From Trichoplax sp. H2 (taxonomy: Eukaryota), in assembly GCA_003344405.1 (NCBI GenBank), contig NOWV01000021.1, positions 310,001 through 374,000 of the forward strand: 64,000 bases of DNA, written 5' to 3'. This document shows, piece by piece, positions 1 to 17,800 of the stretch. The position numbers were made by a program, and so were the translations under genes. Positions within the stretch are counted from its first letter, which is position 1. Each line of letters begins with the position of its first letter. The notes beneath the pieces are model-generated. The model saw only the letters and a list, made by a program, of their open reading frames with translations, did no database searches and was not told where the DNA came from.

Positions 1-450
1 TCATTGACATGCTGAACATAGATAGATTTCTGCTACTACATATCTACAAATGATGAGGGAAAAATTATTTTAATATGCAAATAACGTCAAAATTAGCTGT
101 ATTAATTATTTAGTTTGAATAATCTCTTAATTTATAATTTACAAAGGGTTATTTTTATGCAGATAACTGGAACAGATCAGTTAATGTGCAAGCTTACAGA
201 AAAAGATTGATCAAAATTTCTCGACCGTATCATGAGCACTGAGGAGATTACTTGATTTAAAAATGATAGTCAAGTAATCGATTGTTTGACTAGAACTACG
301 TACTTTATTTTTAGAAGTTAAACAACTGTAGAAGCCTCTTGTAATATATAATGCTCATCTATGTTATCAACCAAACAATTGAAATAGAAGATAATTGACG
401 ATACCAAATACAATAATTTTACACAGCACTTTCTGGTGAAATATCCGATA

Positions 451-1143
451 TTCGATAGGTTGCTGTAATGAAGCTTTGTTCCTATTTCCATCGATACAGT
501 ACTAGTTCATCTATTATTATTATAGTTAAGTATCGGGAATCACTATTATGTTTCTTTAATTAAAGTGTAACAAGAGCAAATCGCTTGAACTAAAACCTAA
601 ATGCCAAAATGAAATCTTTTGCAATTAGAATTCACTACCTGCCTTTTACTAACTATGAATTCATTGCAGTAAATGATCGATGTGTACTATATTGCAATGT
701 TTTTGCAATGCACGTGAAAGAATTATTGTACTCGTATGCAATGACTACATCATATAAACAAAGCAAGGAGCAGGAGTTTCTTAACGCTTTAATAGGGATT
801 CGATAGGTTACTATAATGAAGCTTTGTTCCTATTTCCATCGATACAGTGCTAATTCATCTATTATAGAGTTTAGTATCGGGAATCACTTTTATGTTTCTT
901 TAATTAAAGTGCAATAAGAGCAAATCGCTTGAACTAAAACCTAAATGCCAAAATGAAATCGTTTGCAATTAAAATTCACTACCTGCCTTTTACTAACTAT
1001 AAATTCATTGCGGTAAATGATTGATGTGTACTATATTGCAATGTTTTTGCAATGCACGTGAAAGAATTATTGTACTCGTATGCAATGACTACATCATATA
1101 AACAAAGCAGGGAGCAGGAGTTTCTTAATGCTTTAATAGGGAT
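451..1143. repeat. Two-copy tandem duplication, period about 348 bp
   Basis: TTCGATAGGTT(G/A)CT(G/A)TAATGAAGCTTTGTTCC...GCTTTAATAGGGAT starts at 451 and again at 799; the copies differ by scattered substitutions and small indels. Confidence 0.95.
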
Positions 1144-2383
1144 CGTTTATCAATTTTAGCCACCAATATAACAATTAAATTAAGTCATGACGCACAATTC
1201 TCATTTATAATTAATTAAAAATGAGCGAAAAGGATAAAGATCCAATGTAATGGAGTAGATATCAAAAGTGATGTCTACCCCGACAACCCAATGTCCAGAT
1301 GAAATCCGATAAAGTACTACCCATTCAAAATGTATTAACGGTTAAATACTTTGTCATTCCCTATACAGTACTTATGCACTTTACTTTATGTACGCATTAT
1401 CTAAAATAATTCTGTGATAACCCGTAATGAATGAATAATTCCAAGCAAAATGTACCGTCAAAATCGTGCGGTATTATATAATACCGCGAATATCGATTTG
1501 ACAACTATCCAATCCTCGAATACCGCTAGCAAACTTAACCACATTCGTATATTCCTGTATCAGGACTATCACTACACGTCTATTCCTTGCAAATAAGAGG
1601 TGCTCCGCTATCCCAATACTATATCGTTTTTTTGACTGAATCATATTCATGTCTCATGCCTACGTTAGATCCCATCAGGCCATCATCGCTCTCATTTATT
1701 CTACAGGATAGGCGATCGTAAGTTTACTACTTTCTGATATCAATAGCGTTGAATGCGTACAAATAAAGTATAACTCACATCGTTATTGTATTCTCACTCT
1801 ACAAATTTCGCCGAATCCATCCTTAAGTTCAGAATAAGCTCTACCGTCATTGATAACAAGGATAGATTGTATGCTAAGCTATTCCACAGTTCTGATAGAC
1901 AAATAAAGACAGTACGCCTCTAACGAGCGGGTGTTCGACTAGTTACCGTCATATCTAATTGGCTATACAGTCATTCTATTTACAGTTGCCTATTCGTATC
2001 AACTATAAACTGTCTGCACTCTCTTGTCATTTATTTACGTACAGTATTTGGACTAATCAAGTTAGCACTAGGAATCAACCTACCTTGGAAAACATATGTT
2101 CTATGCTTGCTGTGATTATCTTGGCAGCCTTTCAAAAAAACTCTAGTGGTTGATCAGTAGCAAATCAATGAAGTGGTAGGTCCGCTGTCTGCTAATTTGG
2201 CATTCTCTCTTTTGCTTTTATATACAGTAGTACGGATTTAAATGTTTGAGCCTTTGCGATGTTGGCGGCGATCAGTGACAGTCACCGTTCCCGTAGTAAT
2301 AAATAACAGTCCAAGTTATTGTTTTAAGCAGCCTATCGGCTTTCGTTTAGCTCACAATTAGTCAATGCCGCTACCAGTGGAAG

Positions 2384-2661
2384 GCACTACAGTGTACAGT
2401 GTACAGTACAGTACAGTGCACAGTACTGTACATCCTACCGTTATTTCACACCGTACTCACTGAGAGACTTTTGGAAGAGAAATTCTATTGTAATCATAAG
2501 TTCTCTTTTTTATAGGAAATTGCTGCACTACAGTGTACAGTGTACAGTACAGTGCACAGTACTGTACATCCTACCGTTATTTCACACCGTACTCACTGAG
2601 GGACTTTTGGAAGAGAAATTCTATTGTAATAATAAGTTCTCTTTTTTATGGGAAATTGCTG
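2384..2661. repeat. Two-copy tandem duplication, period about 141 bp, starting with TACAG arrays
   Basis: GCACTACAGTGTACAG...CATCCTACCGTTATTTCACACCG...GGAAATTGCTG at 2384 and 2525. The copies are nearly identical; the second has one fewer TACAG unit. Confidence 0.95.
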
Positions 2662-3460
2662 ACTCGTGGACTCAATGACTTACTTGTGTACAGTACAGCC
2701 TGACTACCCCATCCCAGGTCATGGATTTCTGCTTCACTAATAGTAAAAAGAAAGAACGACAGGAAGGGAAAGTGGCCTTCAATGCAAAATCATGCAGAGG
2801 CCTATCATTTTTCTGGCCATTCAACGACTGTACTGTACTGTATATGCTGTCAAAACCAACCTAGTTAAAGCACCGATGAAACTGTGTACTAAACGTGCAG
2901 TTAGGTATTGCATCCGGGTTAGCAGCTACAGTAATATGGATCTCAGTCGTGTACCGTTGCAGAGATGCGATACACTTGAAATGACCAGTAAAACAATCAG
3001 CCTTGATATTTTTTGAGTTGTCTGTACTATATTCAAAAGAAAGAAAGAAAGAGAGGAACGGAAATGTGCAATCCCTGGCTTGGCCTGGAACTGGCATGGC
3101 AGGGATTCCCCGGTGCATGACTGTTTTCACCATTTTACAGTACTATGCTATACTGTACAGTACAGTACTGTAATGTCCTTCCAAATGAACTGTTACCAGG
3201 GACTACAGTAGACCAATCATGAATTCGCTGTAATTCACTTTCACTCCCTAACTTCCTATACTGTACAGATCAAAATTGTATACTGTATTATCAGGGTTCA
3301 TGTAACTGATATACTGTATATATGACATATACAATTTTGAAAAAATCAAAATTTTGATCTGTACAGGAAGTTGGGCCTAAACCCTCTCCCGCTGACGCAA
3401 TCATCCATCATCTTTCTAGCTTCTAGTAGCTTCTACAAGATGGCCGTGCACCAGTCAATA

Positions 3461-3822
3461 TGTACAATGTACAGTACAGTACAGTACATACACAGTAGAG
3501 TGCAGGTGCTACCAGGTGCTACTAGTGAACAATGAATAGCCTTACAGTACTGTACTGTACTGTACTGTAAAGTACAGTATACTGTACTGTACTGTATATA
3601 GTACTAAATACTACACTGTACAGTACTTAGTACTTACTGTGCTATTGAGCTGTGTGTTGAAATGTTGAACTGACTCATTGGTCATTTAATGAATTCATGA
3701 ATGACGTCAGTACAGTACACTGTACACTCAGTGTACAGTACAGTACAGTTTGTACTGTATGCGCCGTACAGTACAGTACTGTACTACAGTGTATACTACT
3801 GTACTGTAGACTGTGTACTGTA
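3461..3822. repeat. Low-complexity (TACAG)n/(CTGTA)n pentamer arrays upstream of Hsp90
   Basis: Runs such as TACAGTACAGTACAGTAC and TACTGTACTGTACTGTACTGTA at about 3468-3487, 3543-3626 and 3709-3822. Confidence 0.85.
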
Positions 3823-3837
3823 AATCAAAATTTCGCG

Positions 3838-6970
<3,133 letters not shown>

Positions 6971-8693
6971 CTCAAGAAGCGCAATATGCGTAACATTTGC
7001 CGGAAAAGCAAATCTGGCTTCATTACTAACAAAACAGTTTCTATAATTATAGTTATATCATATAGGAATTACCATCGAGAAATACGAATTTGAAATTCTG
7101 TCTACTGTAATTGATTTTTGAGCGCTTGCATTTAAGTTAACCTCTGTACTTTATAACTAAAATTGAATAAAGTTCTAAATTAAAAACACTAGATGTTTCT
7201 TATTGCCTGCGGTTTGTAGCCTGAAGTTTGACCTGATAGAGTTGGATATAATGTTTAGTGTAAATACCATCCTATCGAATTCATTATAAATATCACAATA
7301 TCAGCAATAGCAATACTGTAAGCCAGAATATTTTGCTGTACTTCATTCAATAATCCGCATATGCGCAGAACAAATGGTTGATGATAAGCAAATTCGAGCG
7401 ATATCCGTTTTAAACTTGCAAGCCAGGACGTACGAAATTGACGTGACTACGTAGTACTTACTGTACTTGGTGAAATGTGATACTTGAAATAGACAACTTG
7501 ATATATACGGGTATATCACAAGTACACGTGTTCGCGGTTTGGTTTAGCTTTGATTTTAAGTCGATATTTTATTAATAGTAAGTTATAAGCTATTGATAAC
7601 AGTATGTACTGTATGTGTACAGTAAAGTACGCGTTTTTCAGAAAAGTTATTCATAAGTACTACTGTACCGTAATAGTAGAGTACTATACTGTACATACAG
7701 TATAGCCTTGGCATATGCCGCATAACACATAATACTCCGCCGACTAGAAGGAAATTTACCCCTAATAAATTTACTTCAAGTCGGCTAGGTAGAGTATTAC
7801 GAACGTGGACCATTCAACTAGTAGTGATAGTTTATTAATTACTATACTGTACACCAACTTAACTTAACCTTAACCACGGTACATTGTCGTTGTATATTGC
7901 TACTGTAATATCATTATTGATGGTAGTTTGCCATAGCTAGCGAAACATGCGAGATACTTTTAAACTCATTCTACAGGAAAACATATCTATCAAATAATAC
8001 TGTACAGTACAGTACATACGCACATTGGAAATAAGAAATGAAAACCGATGTCAAAAAAAAAAAAAATAATCATACAGTACAGTTATTAATAGAGGTAAAA
8101 TAAATAAATTAAGAACAAGAAAAATTGCCACGTACAGAAACAGTACTGTACCGTTTAGTGTGCTTTTTGCAGAAAAGTATAAGAAAGGCACAGTACGGAA
8201 GAGTACAGTACTGTACTGTAGAAGGGTAGTGTGTATCCGCTTTGGGATACAGTACTTCGCACTCTACCGTACTGCACAATCTGTACGTAATGAGACCCTG
8301 ACAGCATAATAAGTGCTATGTAATGAGCGAATGTTGCATACCAAGCATTGTAGTGCACAAGAAGTGGCTTCTCGTCCTTCTAAATTTGGATGAGTAGGAA
8401 ATCTGCAAAGAAAACGCTTTATGATTTGATATTGCTGATAGAAATCGTCTGCCTTGACTACTATTTGCACAAGGTGTACTTGTCTACTTTATTAATTAAT
8501 GATACCTATGCCTTGAATTATCAACTCCGCAGAGCATAGACTGTCTAATAGAAAGGGAAAATTATTTTTTGCCTTCCTTCTTACGGGTGCCAAATTACAC
8601 ATCAATGCCTAGCTTTTGTTAGGCGATCCAAACTGATCAAGAAGGAAAGGAATCAAACGTTATTCTTGGTTCTATCAAATTGTTATAGTATTG

Positions 8694-11600
8694 ATGATGG
8701 CATCCAGCAGTAACGGCAATAATCAAGAAGAAATTAAATGCGAATTCCTCGTTAAAGAAGGTCGCTATAAAGTATCGCCATTATCTGCGTCCTACAGCTA
8801 CCAAAAAACTACTTACCAGACAAACCACGGTAATCCGGTCAAACTTTCCATGGTAACTTCCAATTGCGAAGGAGGCCTTTATGGTAGATTAGTCTATAAC
8901 TATGGTCGTGAGTTATTCACTTTCGCATATAAAGAAAGTACTCGCCAGGTATAGTTGTATTTCTCATCCATGCGTCTGATATGATTAGATATTTGCTTTA
9001 CATCTACTTGACACAATATTATTCATCATTTTGCCTTTCCTTCTCGATATTCAATTCATTTTGAACGATTGTACACTTTATGCTCATACTGTGACCCACC
9101 TTCTTGACGTGAGCAAGTCTAATCAGTCCCCAAGCTTAACAGCAATCCAATTCTACTCAATACATTGACGATGCTTATTCGCGTTACCTGCCATAAATAC
9201 ATTTCATGATTTTGTAATTGACGTAATAGACGTATCATTCTGAATGCGGTAGTGCTTCCTCTAAAATAAAGAAAGGCCTTTGACCAAAATGCAGTATTAC
9301 CCTATACCGTCAGGTCTACCTATACGGATTATTTGCAATAACATGCGATACTAGTGATTTTTGTACATTTGTTATTTTTAATTCCTCTCATATGTCATTA
9401 CATCATCATTTCTACATTAAAGTACAGTATAATAATATTAATAGATATTTCAGTAATCGATAATTCATATCCTTAACAATTGTCGCTCATACCAGATGCT
9501 GTACAGTTGACTATACAAATCGTATTGCTATTACTTCCATCTAATTGAAAGTGATTTTAGAGTAACGGTATAGAGGAAGGCGATAACGAATATGTTATTA
9601 ATACTACTATGATGGGTACGCGTACACTACTTATAGTCGTCTATAGCAATAACCTTACTACTAACCTTCTTAACAACAATTTAAGTAAATTTTAACTTTA
9701 CTTTGAACTCTCCATAAATTTCAATTACATAAACTAGAATAGCTATTCCAACAATTCCCCATATTTAGAAAAAGCTTTCCAATTTCACTGACGGTAAATC
9801 GACTTTCTAACAAAGTACTGTAATTAAAACCACGACTCCTAAAGCCTCAAATTACCCCAGTAATCGTACGTGTGTATTTCACCAGCGTGACAACATAAAT
9901 TTCTCTACTAAATATATTCGTTATACGTGTACACAATTTCGCGTATTTGTACTAATGTAGTAGACTTTTTTCGGTACACCTATGTCTTAACCGCCGTTAG
10001 AATTCAGTGCATATAGAGCAAAGTTGTCCCTAATAACGCTGTTGTATTTGTTATTGAACAATTGTACCCTAAAATCAACAGCTAAGTTGAGGGACTACTG
10101 TAAGTGTTACTACGATATCATAACATTGCGTCTACAACTTTGTATCTGGCATGAAAATATGAGATACAATACAAAATATACATAGTATCCCTACCACAAA
10201 ACTGCCTGAATTACAAAATTATTCCTGATCCTTGTAATATTTTAGCCAATCTAGTAGTAATTCACTTACTGATAACTGACTTCTAGCGATAGGAATCATG
10301 AATTCAATTTCTTTGCTAATAGTTATAATTATAATTAGTAGTTAACGTTTTAATGAACCATCGTTATATTTACGTGATATTTTTACCATTAGCAGGATAC
10401 CGATAACAAAATCTTAGATAAAAAGGCATACAAGAGCGCGATACCTTTATGCCATGACTTTAACTTAATCACCAGAAGCCCAGATACCTTAAATTTAATC
10501 GTCGGTTTCAATACTGGCCAAATGCAGCTAATCAACGTTGTCAAATATGAAATTATGAAAAACTTTAATGAGAGCGTAAGTGCTACTTATTTAAAGTTCG
10601 TCAATATTTTTAATCATTTGAAGGTATCTATTCTATGTGCTGATCTTTTTGTAGCCTAATTGGACCAATACTTTATCTTTGTCCTACAGTATATTATTCT
10701 TAACTTATACATTCATAGTTTGCAATACTCTCATGATATCTACAGTATAATACTAGCCGCTTTAGTGGCCTAGTTATATCTTATATACTTGTTGAGTGGG
10801 ACCTAAAAAATATAAATTATCTCTAGTATCTATTTTTAAGAATTAAGTTGTAATTGCAATCGGTAACAAATAAACAGGTGTGATTGTGTTAACGAAAATA
10901 CTTAGTTACTAGAAATTTATGCAATTCTATGTCTTCGCTTATTTTAAAACTGACACGATATGATTTAAATGTAGTAACATTCCGTAGTTAACAGAATATC
11001 TTGATATTTAGCCAAGATAACATTGTAAACATTATAAGAAATAATGACACTAAATAATCATGACCATGCTTATCAATCGTATTTTTACAGTACAAATTAG
11101 ATACATAAAATCGCTTTAGGCATAACCTATAGACTGTTGTAATGATTACAAAGAGCAGAGTCAATCATAGCAACCTTGATTGTTTGATCGTCACAATTAT
11201 CATAAAAGTGATAGAAAATTTGTATTATAGTTGCATCTTAAAAACTTAGAATCAAATTCTTACATCATTTTAAACGGATTTACTATAAATAATTAGTTGT
11301 GTAATAGTTTTTTCCGTGTATACCAGTATACATATATGAAAATACTCTAGCGATCCTGGGAAATGAAGGCATGCTGTAGATGCCTGGCAGCTATCTGATA
11401 CAGAATTAGCTATAGCTTGCTAATAATTTAATTTATATTAAACTCAAATACTGAAAAAGTGGCTTAAATTTTATTTATTACTATATACTAACGGTAATTT
11501 CTTATTTAAATATTATGCAAATAAGCTTACCTTAGTTTCACCGTCTTAAAGATTTTGGCTGCTTAAATGAGATGCATTAGGTAATAATTTGTTTTCTAAT

Positions 11601-13204
11601 TTCTGTTTCAGCGTAATATTGATAATAGTAAAATAACATGTATTAAATGGATACCAGGAAAGGACAATTTATTTATAGCATCTTACTTTAGTGGAAATAT
11701 ATATATGTATGATGATAATTTGCCGTGCAGCAATGGACCTATAACATATTCAGTTGTTAAAGAAAGCGATGACTTCAGTGTATATACAAGCAAAAGCAAA
11801 TTACAGCAGCGTAATCCTATTTATAAGTGGACCATTGGTAAAGGTGCTGTGAATGACATGGCTTTTTCGCCAGACTGCCGTCACTTAGCCACGGTGAGCC
11901 AAGATGGATTTATGAGAGTGATCAATTACGAAACAAATACTGTTATATCAACTATGAAAAGTTACTTTGGAGGATTACTGTGTGTAGCTTGGAGCTCAGA
12001 TGGCAAGTGCGTCGCAACTGGTGGTGAAGATGATCTTGTTACGGTTTGGTCATTTACTGAAGGTGTAGTTATCGCAAGATGTGATGGCCATCGCTCATGG
12101 GTGAACGCTGTAGCTTTTGATCCCTATACTATTTTTGTTACTAATAGAGATGATGCTAGCTTCAGTGGTAGCGAGGATGAAGCAAATATAAATTGTCATA
12201 GAAACGGTAGCAACGAGGTTGAAAATTCCAATGTGCTATCATATCGTATCGGTTCTGTCGGACAAGATACCCAATTCCTGTTATGGGATATCGGAGAGGA
12301 TATCCTCACTTCTGAAAGACACAGGAAACAGCCTCAAACGGTTACTGTTAACTCTAACACAAATAGTAATTCTAATACTATCTCTAGAGCTTCTATCAAC
12401 GATTTAAAAATTGATGGAATTAGCGACTATTCAAATAAATCAGATAGCTCAAGCTCTAATAATAAATCAGATCATAGTCATAATAACAGTAATAACAGCA
12501 ATAATAATAATAACAACAATAATACTTCCATTACTACTACTACTAATAATAATGGTAGTAATAGTAATAGTAACTCGCATTTGAAAGTATCACCGCACTT
12601 GTCTAAAAGTAACAGCTTCCTGAAAGATAAACCTGAAAAAGAAAAGAAAGAGAAAAAGGATAAATGGGATAAACGCTTTGGTACCGGTAGGAAAAAGCAC
12701 CCTTTTGGTAAAATTCATCCGCAGAAAGAGAAAGTTGAAAGTAAAGAATCAACTTCAATTAACATACAATATCAATGTCCAAGTATTACCGAAATTCCAT
12801 TAATTGAACCAATAGTAGCAAGGAAAATCGCTCATGAACGTGTTACGTCTTTAGCCTTCACGGAAGATTGTATAACATGTGCTAGCCAAGATGGTCAAAT
12901 TACTATTTGGATTAGACCAAACATTGTTAGTACTCAACTGTAGAACGTGACATCTAGAGATTACACATATTTAATAGACTACTAACAATAAGGCGGCCTA
13001 TTTAACTGTATGCAGTATTTATTAATGATTGTTGCATTAAATTTGCACTTTTGTCCATGAATTAGTATCTAACCTTCAATTTTTTTATTGATAATTCACT
13101 TTTTACAGTCCACTCCACTGAACACTGATCCAGCCAATGAGGGTACTGTACAATCATGTAAAAGCTCACAAACATCGCAGTCATCAATTGGAACTGTACT
13201 ATAG
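8694..13204 (+). CDS. WDR20: WD repeat protein 20 / DMWD family (USP12/USP46 cofactor), about 614 aa; exons 8694-8948, 10396-10575, 11612-12925, 13109-13204
   Basis: Family-like motifs: F-x-x-KEGRYK, ILDKKAYKSAIPLCHDFN...LIVGFNTGQMQLI, RNPIYKW, FSPDCRHLATVSQDGFMRV, MKSYFGGLLCVAWS, GGEDDLVTVWS, GHRSWV, YRIGSVGQDTQFLLWD, KIAHERVTSL, and a C-terminal GTVL. All introns are phase 0 GT-AG. There is an Asn/Ser-rich low-complexity insert at about 12340-12580. Confidence 0.93.
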
Positions 13205-14814
13205 AACAATAATCAGGTTCATCCTAATTTGTATACTTATGGTTTGCCTTTTGCTTCAATAGCTTTAAGTTTTTGTATATAGTGAGGAATAACTATTTCT
13301 AATATCATGTACCTTACAATTACAATATAGTTAATATTTGAAATATAAGATATAAGTATACAGTTGTGATTATTAGTATACAAATGTTTCCTTAGGTAAT
13401 ACAACTTACTTTCAACTACGTGCAATCAATCCAAATGGTTTTGTATTTATAATTATCCATTATAAAACTGTAAGAAATCGCTTTTGCTAATTAGTTGAAA
13501 TTATCATATTTAATTACTGTATTCTAATCAAATATACACAGTTTGCAAAAAATGATAATCATTAATGTCGTTTTACTTTCTCGACTGAGAATGAAATGCT
13601 ATGTAGAGGACTTCGGCAATTTGAAAATTCATTTGTGTGATCATAATTTGATAAAGTATTGATCCTACATAACGAATCAATTTTTACAGTGTTTATAGCA
13701 TTTGCTGCAACATACGAATGTCCGTTTTTTGTTACTAATTCCTAGCATTACCATAATCTTAAGATTGCAGGTGTTAATATTGTTGATAGCATGCCTGGCT
13801 ATAGTTTATTGGTATAGATATGTGGGTACGTGCATTTAGTAGTAAATGCTGTATCATAATCTCTTCGTTAACATTCGGAAAACATGCTGCTTAAGATAAA
13901 AGGAGACCGAATGTCTCAGTATAGCAAATGGAAAATTGATCTGTAAATGGATAAAAATGAATAATTTATCTTTACTAGATTGCTTTGTTGCTAATGTATC
14001 ACCGACCATTTGATATGGTTTTAGTACCAACTCAATAAACAATAATACTGTAAACGTATCAATTTTGATTTAAAATTTTTGGTGTTTTAGACAATACGGT
14101 TTAACTAATTTATATGGATTATGAGCAACACATTAACAGAGACCCTATAGCATTCTAAATGTTATATTAGTGGAGGGCTCTATAGAATATTTCCAGCCGT
14201 GTACTGTACTGTACATTCCTCTGATAAATTTTGACATTTTGTACCCGTCATATAAAAGTATGTAATACTTTATTACCACTCGCACATTATACAGCATGAC
14301 TTGAAAGATTTACGGAGTGAAAACGGTCGCAGTAATTTAAATTATATCATTCAGATAAAACCTCTGACGATTAAATCCAACACAATTCAACACGTTAGGC
14401 ACATTTCTTTAGAAGAAAAGCAATAGTCAAACAAAATTGCTGAGCTAGTGATGAATCAATCAGTTACACCGAATATTGATAAAGAAATGCTGGTTTTTAT
14501 AAAAAAAATAGAAGAAAAGCATACATCCTTCAACTCGCCGTTTAAAAGGTATGACCTGGATACTAGTAATTACATATCAGCAAGTTGTAAATCAGGATTA
14601 AAGTACATGCATAGGACAAATTTCTTTATAGGAAAAACCGATGAATCAGTTAGCAAAATACAATATTTACAGCAGTATGCGATCTGAAAAATTAATATAG
14701 GACATTGTTTACAATATGCTTACAAATGTAGTAAACATGATGCAAAAAGTGTCTTTGTAACTAGACATAGGACTTTTATGTAATAAAATTTTCATAATGA
14801 ACATTTAATAAATT

Positions 14815-17800
14815 CTAAGATATTCCCAATAATTCCTTTATTGCATGATATAATTTCAACGATTGACTTTTAGCTGTTTCCAACAAGGTATTGCCCATAC
14901 ATGAATAGGCCGTAGAGCATAACTTATTAACAGCAGACCGCATACTTGCGCTTGCACTTGATCCACCCAACAAATCCCAAATAACCGGTAAGACATGATG
15001 AGTAACAAGTTGAGGCTTTCGATCATACGCTGTCTTGACTAATTCTAATTTTAAAGAATGGTATTTGTATTATTAAAAGTAGATACTTACTTAGTTTTTG
15101 ACGTGTACGTTAATGTTACATTAATACATAATTATTAAACAATTTTTAAATAGGTGAATATATGTAATTACTTGCTACCAAAGGCTAATTTAATCCGCTA
15201 ATGGACGCAACGAAATTTTTAAGGCAATAAACGGTTATAGGCAAACAGCCGTGTATTAACTAGATGAAATTTAGATATACCAATACTTTGATATAACTTT
15301 TCGTCTATATTTTATCGATAATAAATGATAATTCAATCATTTGTTGACAATTAAGGTTTTACTTGACGATTCGTATCAGCCTATTACCAAATTTATATCT
15401 TTATAAAGTACAGCAAACAGATGGTTATATTGATTTAATTTCATGGTGAGGATTTACCTGATAATTTTTCAATCATTTCAGGTTTACTTCTTATACTACT
15501 TTGCAAAGAGGCATTAGCAAAGGATGGTATAAGTATTGTATTATCTAGGAATTATAACATAAAAATGCAAAAATAATATTCTGTTAATTCTGAATTAAAA
15601 ATTATGTACGCAATAGAAGGTTTTGGCTAGGAGAAATGTTACCTAAATGTGTTACTAGAGCATGAAGTGTCTGTAAGGCAGCATCATGAATACTCTTTTT
15701 CTTTGAAGCTAAATTACTGGCTAACGCTGGCACCACAGAATTCATAACTGGGCCTAAATGCTCACGAAGGCGAGGAATCATTGCTTGAAGTGCTCCTAGT
15801 GCTTTAATATTAACCTTAATGTAATAACAGTATAAAGTTAATTTGGTTGAAATTTCTATTTTGACAACTGTTAATTTCCGTCATTCGACTTTGATCTAAA
15901 ATTCTAAGTACTTTTAATTTTTTATCCGATTTGATTATTTTTAACTGAAGTAAAGAACATATGGTTCTATTATAATTAAAATCGAAATCTACCCTGTAAT
16001 CTATAGACTACTTGTTTTCAAAGCTCATTAACTCATGCATAATTATTATCAGTCTTACCTTGCTCATTGAGTCTGTTAATCGCGGAGTAAACTTATCAAA
16101 GACCTGTATAACATCGCGTCATCATTAATGTAAGAAAATAAATTTAATCGCAACAATTAATAATCTTGAAATTAGGCCAAATAGGCATCACTAGATTCTG
16201 TAATATTAGTTATTGCTGGGAGCCCACCTTTACAATGTGTGACGCAAAGGAAGATATATTACAGGTATTGACATAACTGACAAGTTGCTCAATTGCGGTT
16301 GATCGATCTGTCCAACTTTGGGATACTAAATCATCTAGCATGCCATCGGGTAGATCAAGTTGCGATTCCTGTCTTGCTGTTCGATTTGGAGAGCGTTTAG
16401 TTCGAGTTACTAATGAATTTCCCGGTGATTGTGCATCATTGCTGTAAAATAAGTAAGAACGGATGTAGACATTGAATATAACCGTTACGAAACCTTAATT
16501 GCTGCTTCTCGATGAAAGTTATTCTTACCCGGCCGAACCAAATCTGCTTAAGCGTGAACCATCTGTGACACTTCCACTAGCTTGTGATTGCCGTTGCTTA
16601 GCTGATGGAGTATCGGTTGGCTTGCTGCCTAATCCCTATAGATTATAAAATGCATGGAATTAATGCAATGTTTACTCTCTAGGTTATCGTATATCAGTCT
16701 GTATCAGTCTAAATTAGCTTGTTGATAGCTTAATACACTCATAAATTAGATTACTGTCAGCATACCTTCGTACTAAGAGTTTCTGCAATATCCATTAAAT
16801 GGCGGGCTTTAGAATCTGGCAATACTCGCCTAACGTGTTTTTCAAATTCTGGATGTGGTATTAACTTACAGATGATAGACTTCGCATAATACCTATACGA
16901 ATATTAATAAAATAGAATAAAAAGTTATTTTAATTGATAAAATATAGCAAATACTATAGAATCCAGCACAAGCATCAGATATTTAATGCTACGATACCTT
17001 GTTTCCGAAGAGCCTTCACTTGTAAACTTTTCAATGACTGGGATTACCTTTTCTGCAATTTCTCTCGGCCCACCTAGTAATCGTCCAACTCCCAACCTCT
17101 CTATTGCTGGCTCCAATAAGGCTGCAGTCGCTTTTCGAATAACTGCGTTCTTATGGCTGTATCGTGTTGACAAAGAATTGAAATAATTTAGCGGTTATGC
17201 TTAACTTTATGAATTGGGAAATCATTGAAATTGAACAGTTACCCAGAGCCTTCGTTAATAAGGGTAAAAACGCATTTTGTTGGCGTTACTTTAGCAACCA
17301 TCGCTTTTAATGCTTTCTCGGCATCATCCCATAAAAAGACGTTGGTATCAGAAGCTTTACATATTAATGTTTTAGTGGTGAGATCAAGATCCTAGCGATG
17401 AAGCCATAGCATGATATTAAATTCCAGCGCAACAATGTAAATAGACAAACTCTTTTTCAAATTAGTCTTTCTATCGAAATTACCATACCTGATCCATTTG
17501 TTTGCCCAAAACGTTAAACAATTCTTTCAAGCATACACAGGCATTCCGTACAATCTGTGAACGTAAATTCTTGACCTAGAATCAATCAATCATCAGTATT
17601 AGCAGATATTATCGGAATTGTCTACATCGTGAGTTAAAAGTACGCTTAGAACGATTTCAACAAGCTGTTCTACCTCGCTGACTACAGGAACAAGAATACT
17701 ATGAAGTTGTGGAGTTAATACGCCACTGTGATGTTGGCATAGTCTTCGGATAAGTGTAATTCCTTTGTGTTTTGTTTCCCATTCTGGATTTGCTATATTC

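Noticed and set aside
163..243. Possible terminal exon (NWNRSVNVQAYRKRLIKISRPYHEH*) after a TTTTTATGCAG acceptor
   Set aside because: Too short, no recognisable homology, and upstream context is outside the window.
609..806. 65-aa ORF in the 348-bp duplication, and other short ORF-track entries
   Set aside because: The second copy has an in-frame stop and none of these ORFs show domain signatures.
1468..1487. Perfect 20-bp palindrome GCGGTATTATATAATACCGC
   Set aside because: Single copy with an AT-rich core and no associated feature.
3070..3107. AATCCCTG...CAGGGATT hairpin in a GC-rich patch
   Set aside because: Only an 8-bp stem with no match to any snRNA or snoRNA I recognise.
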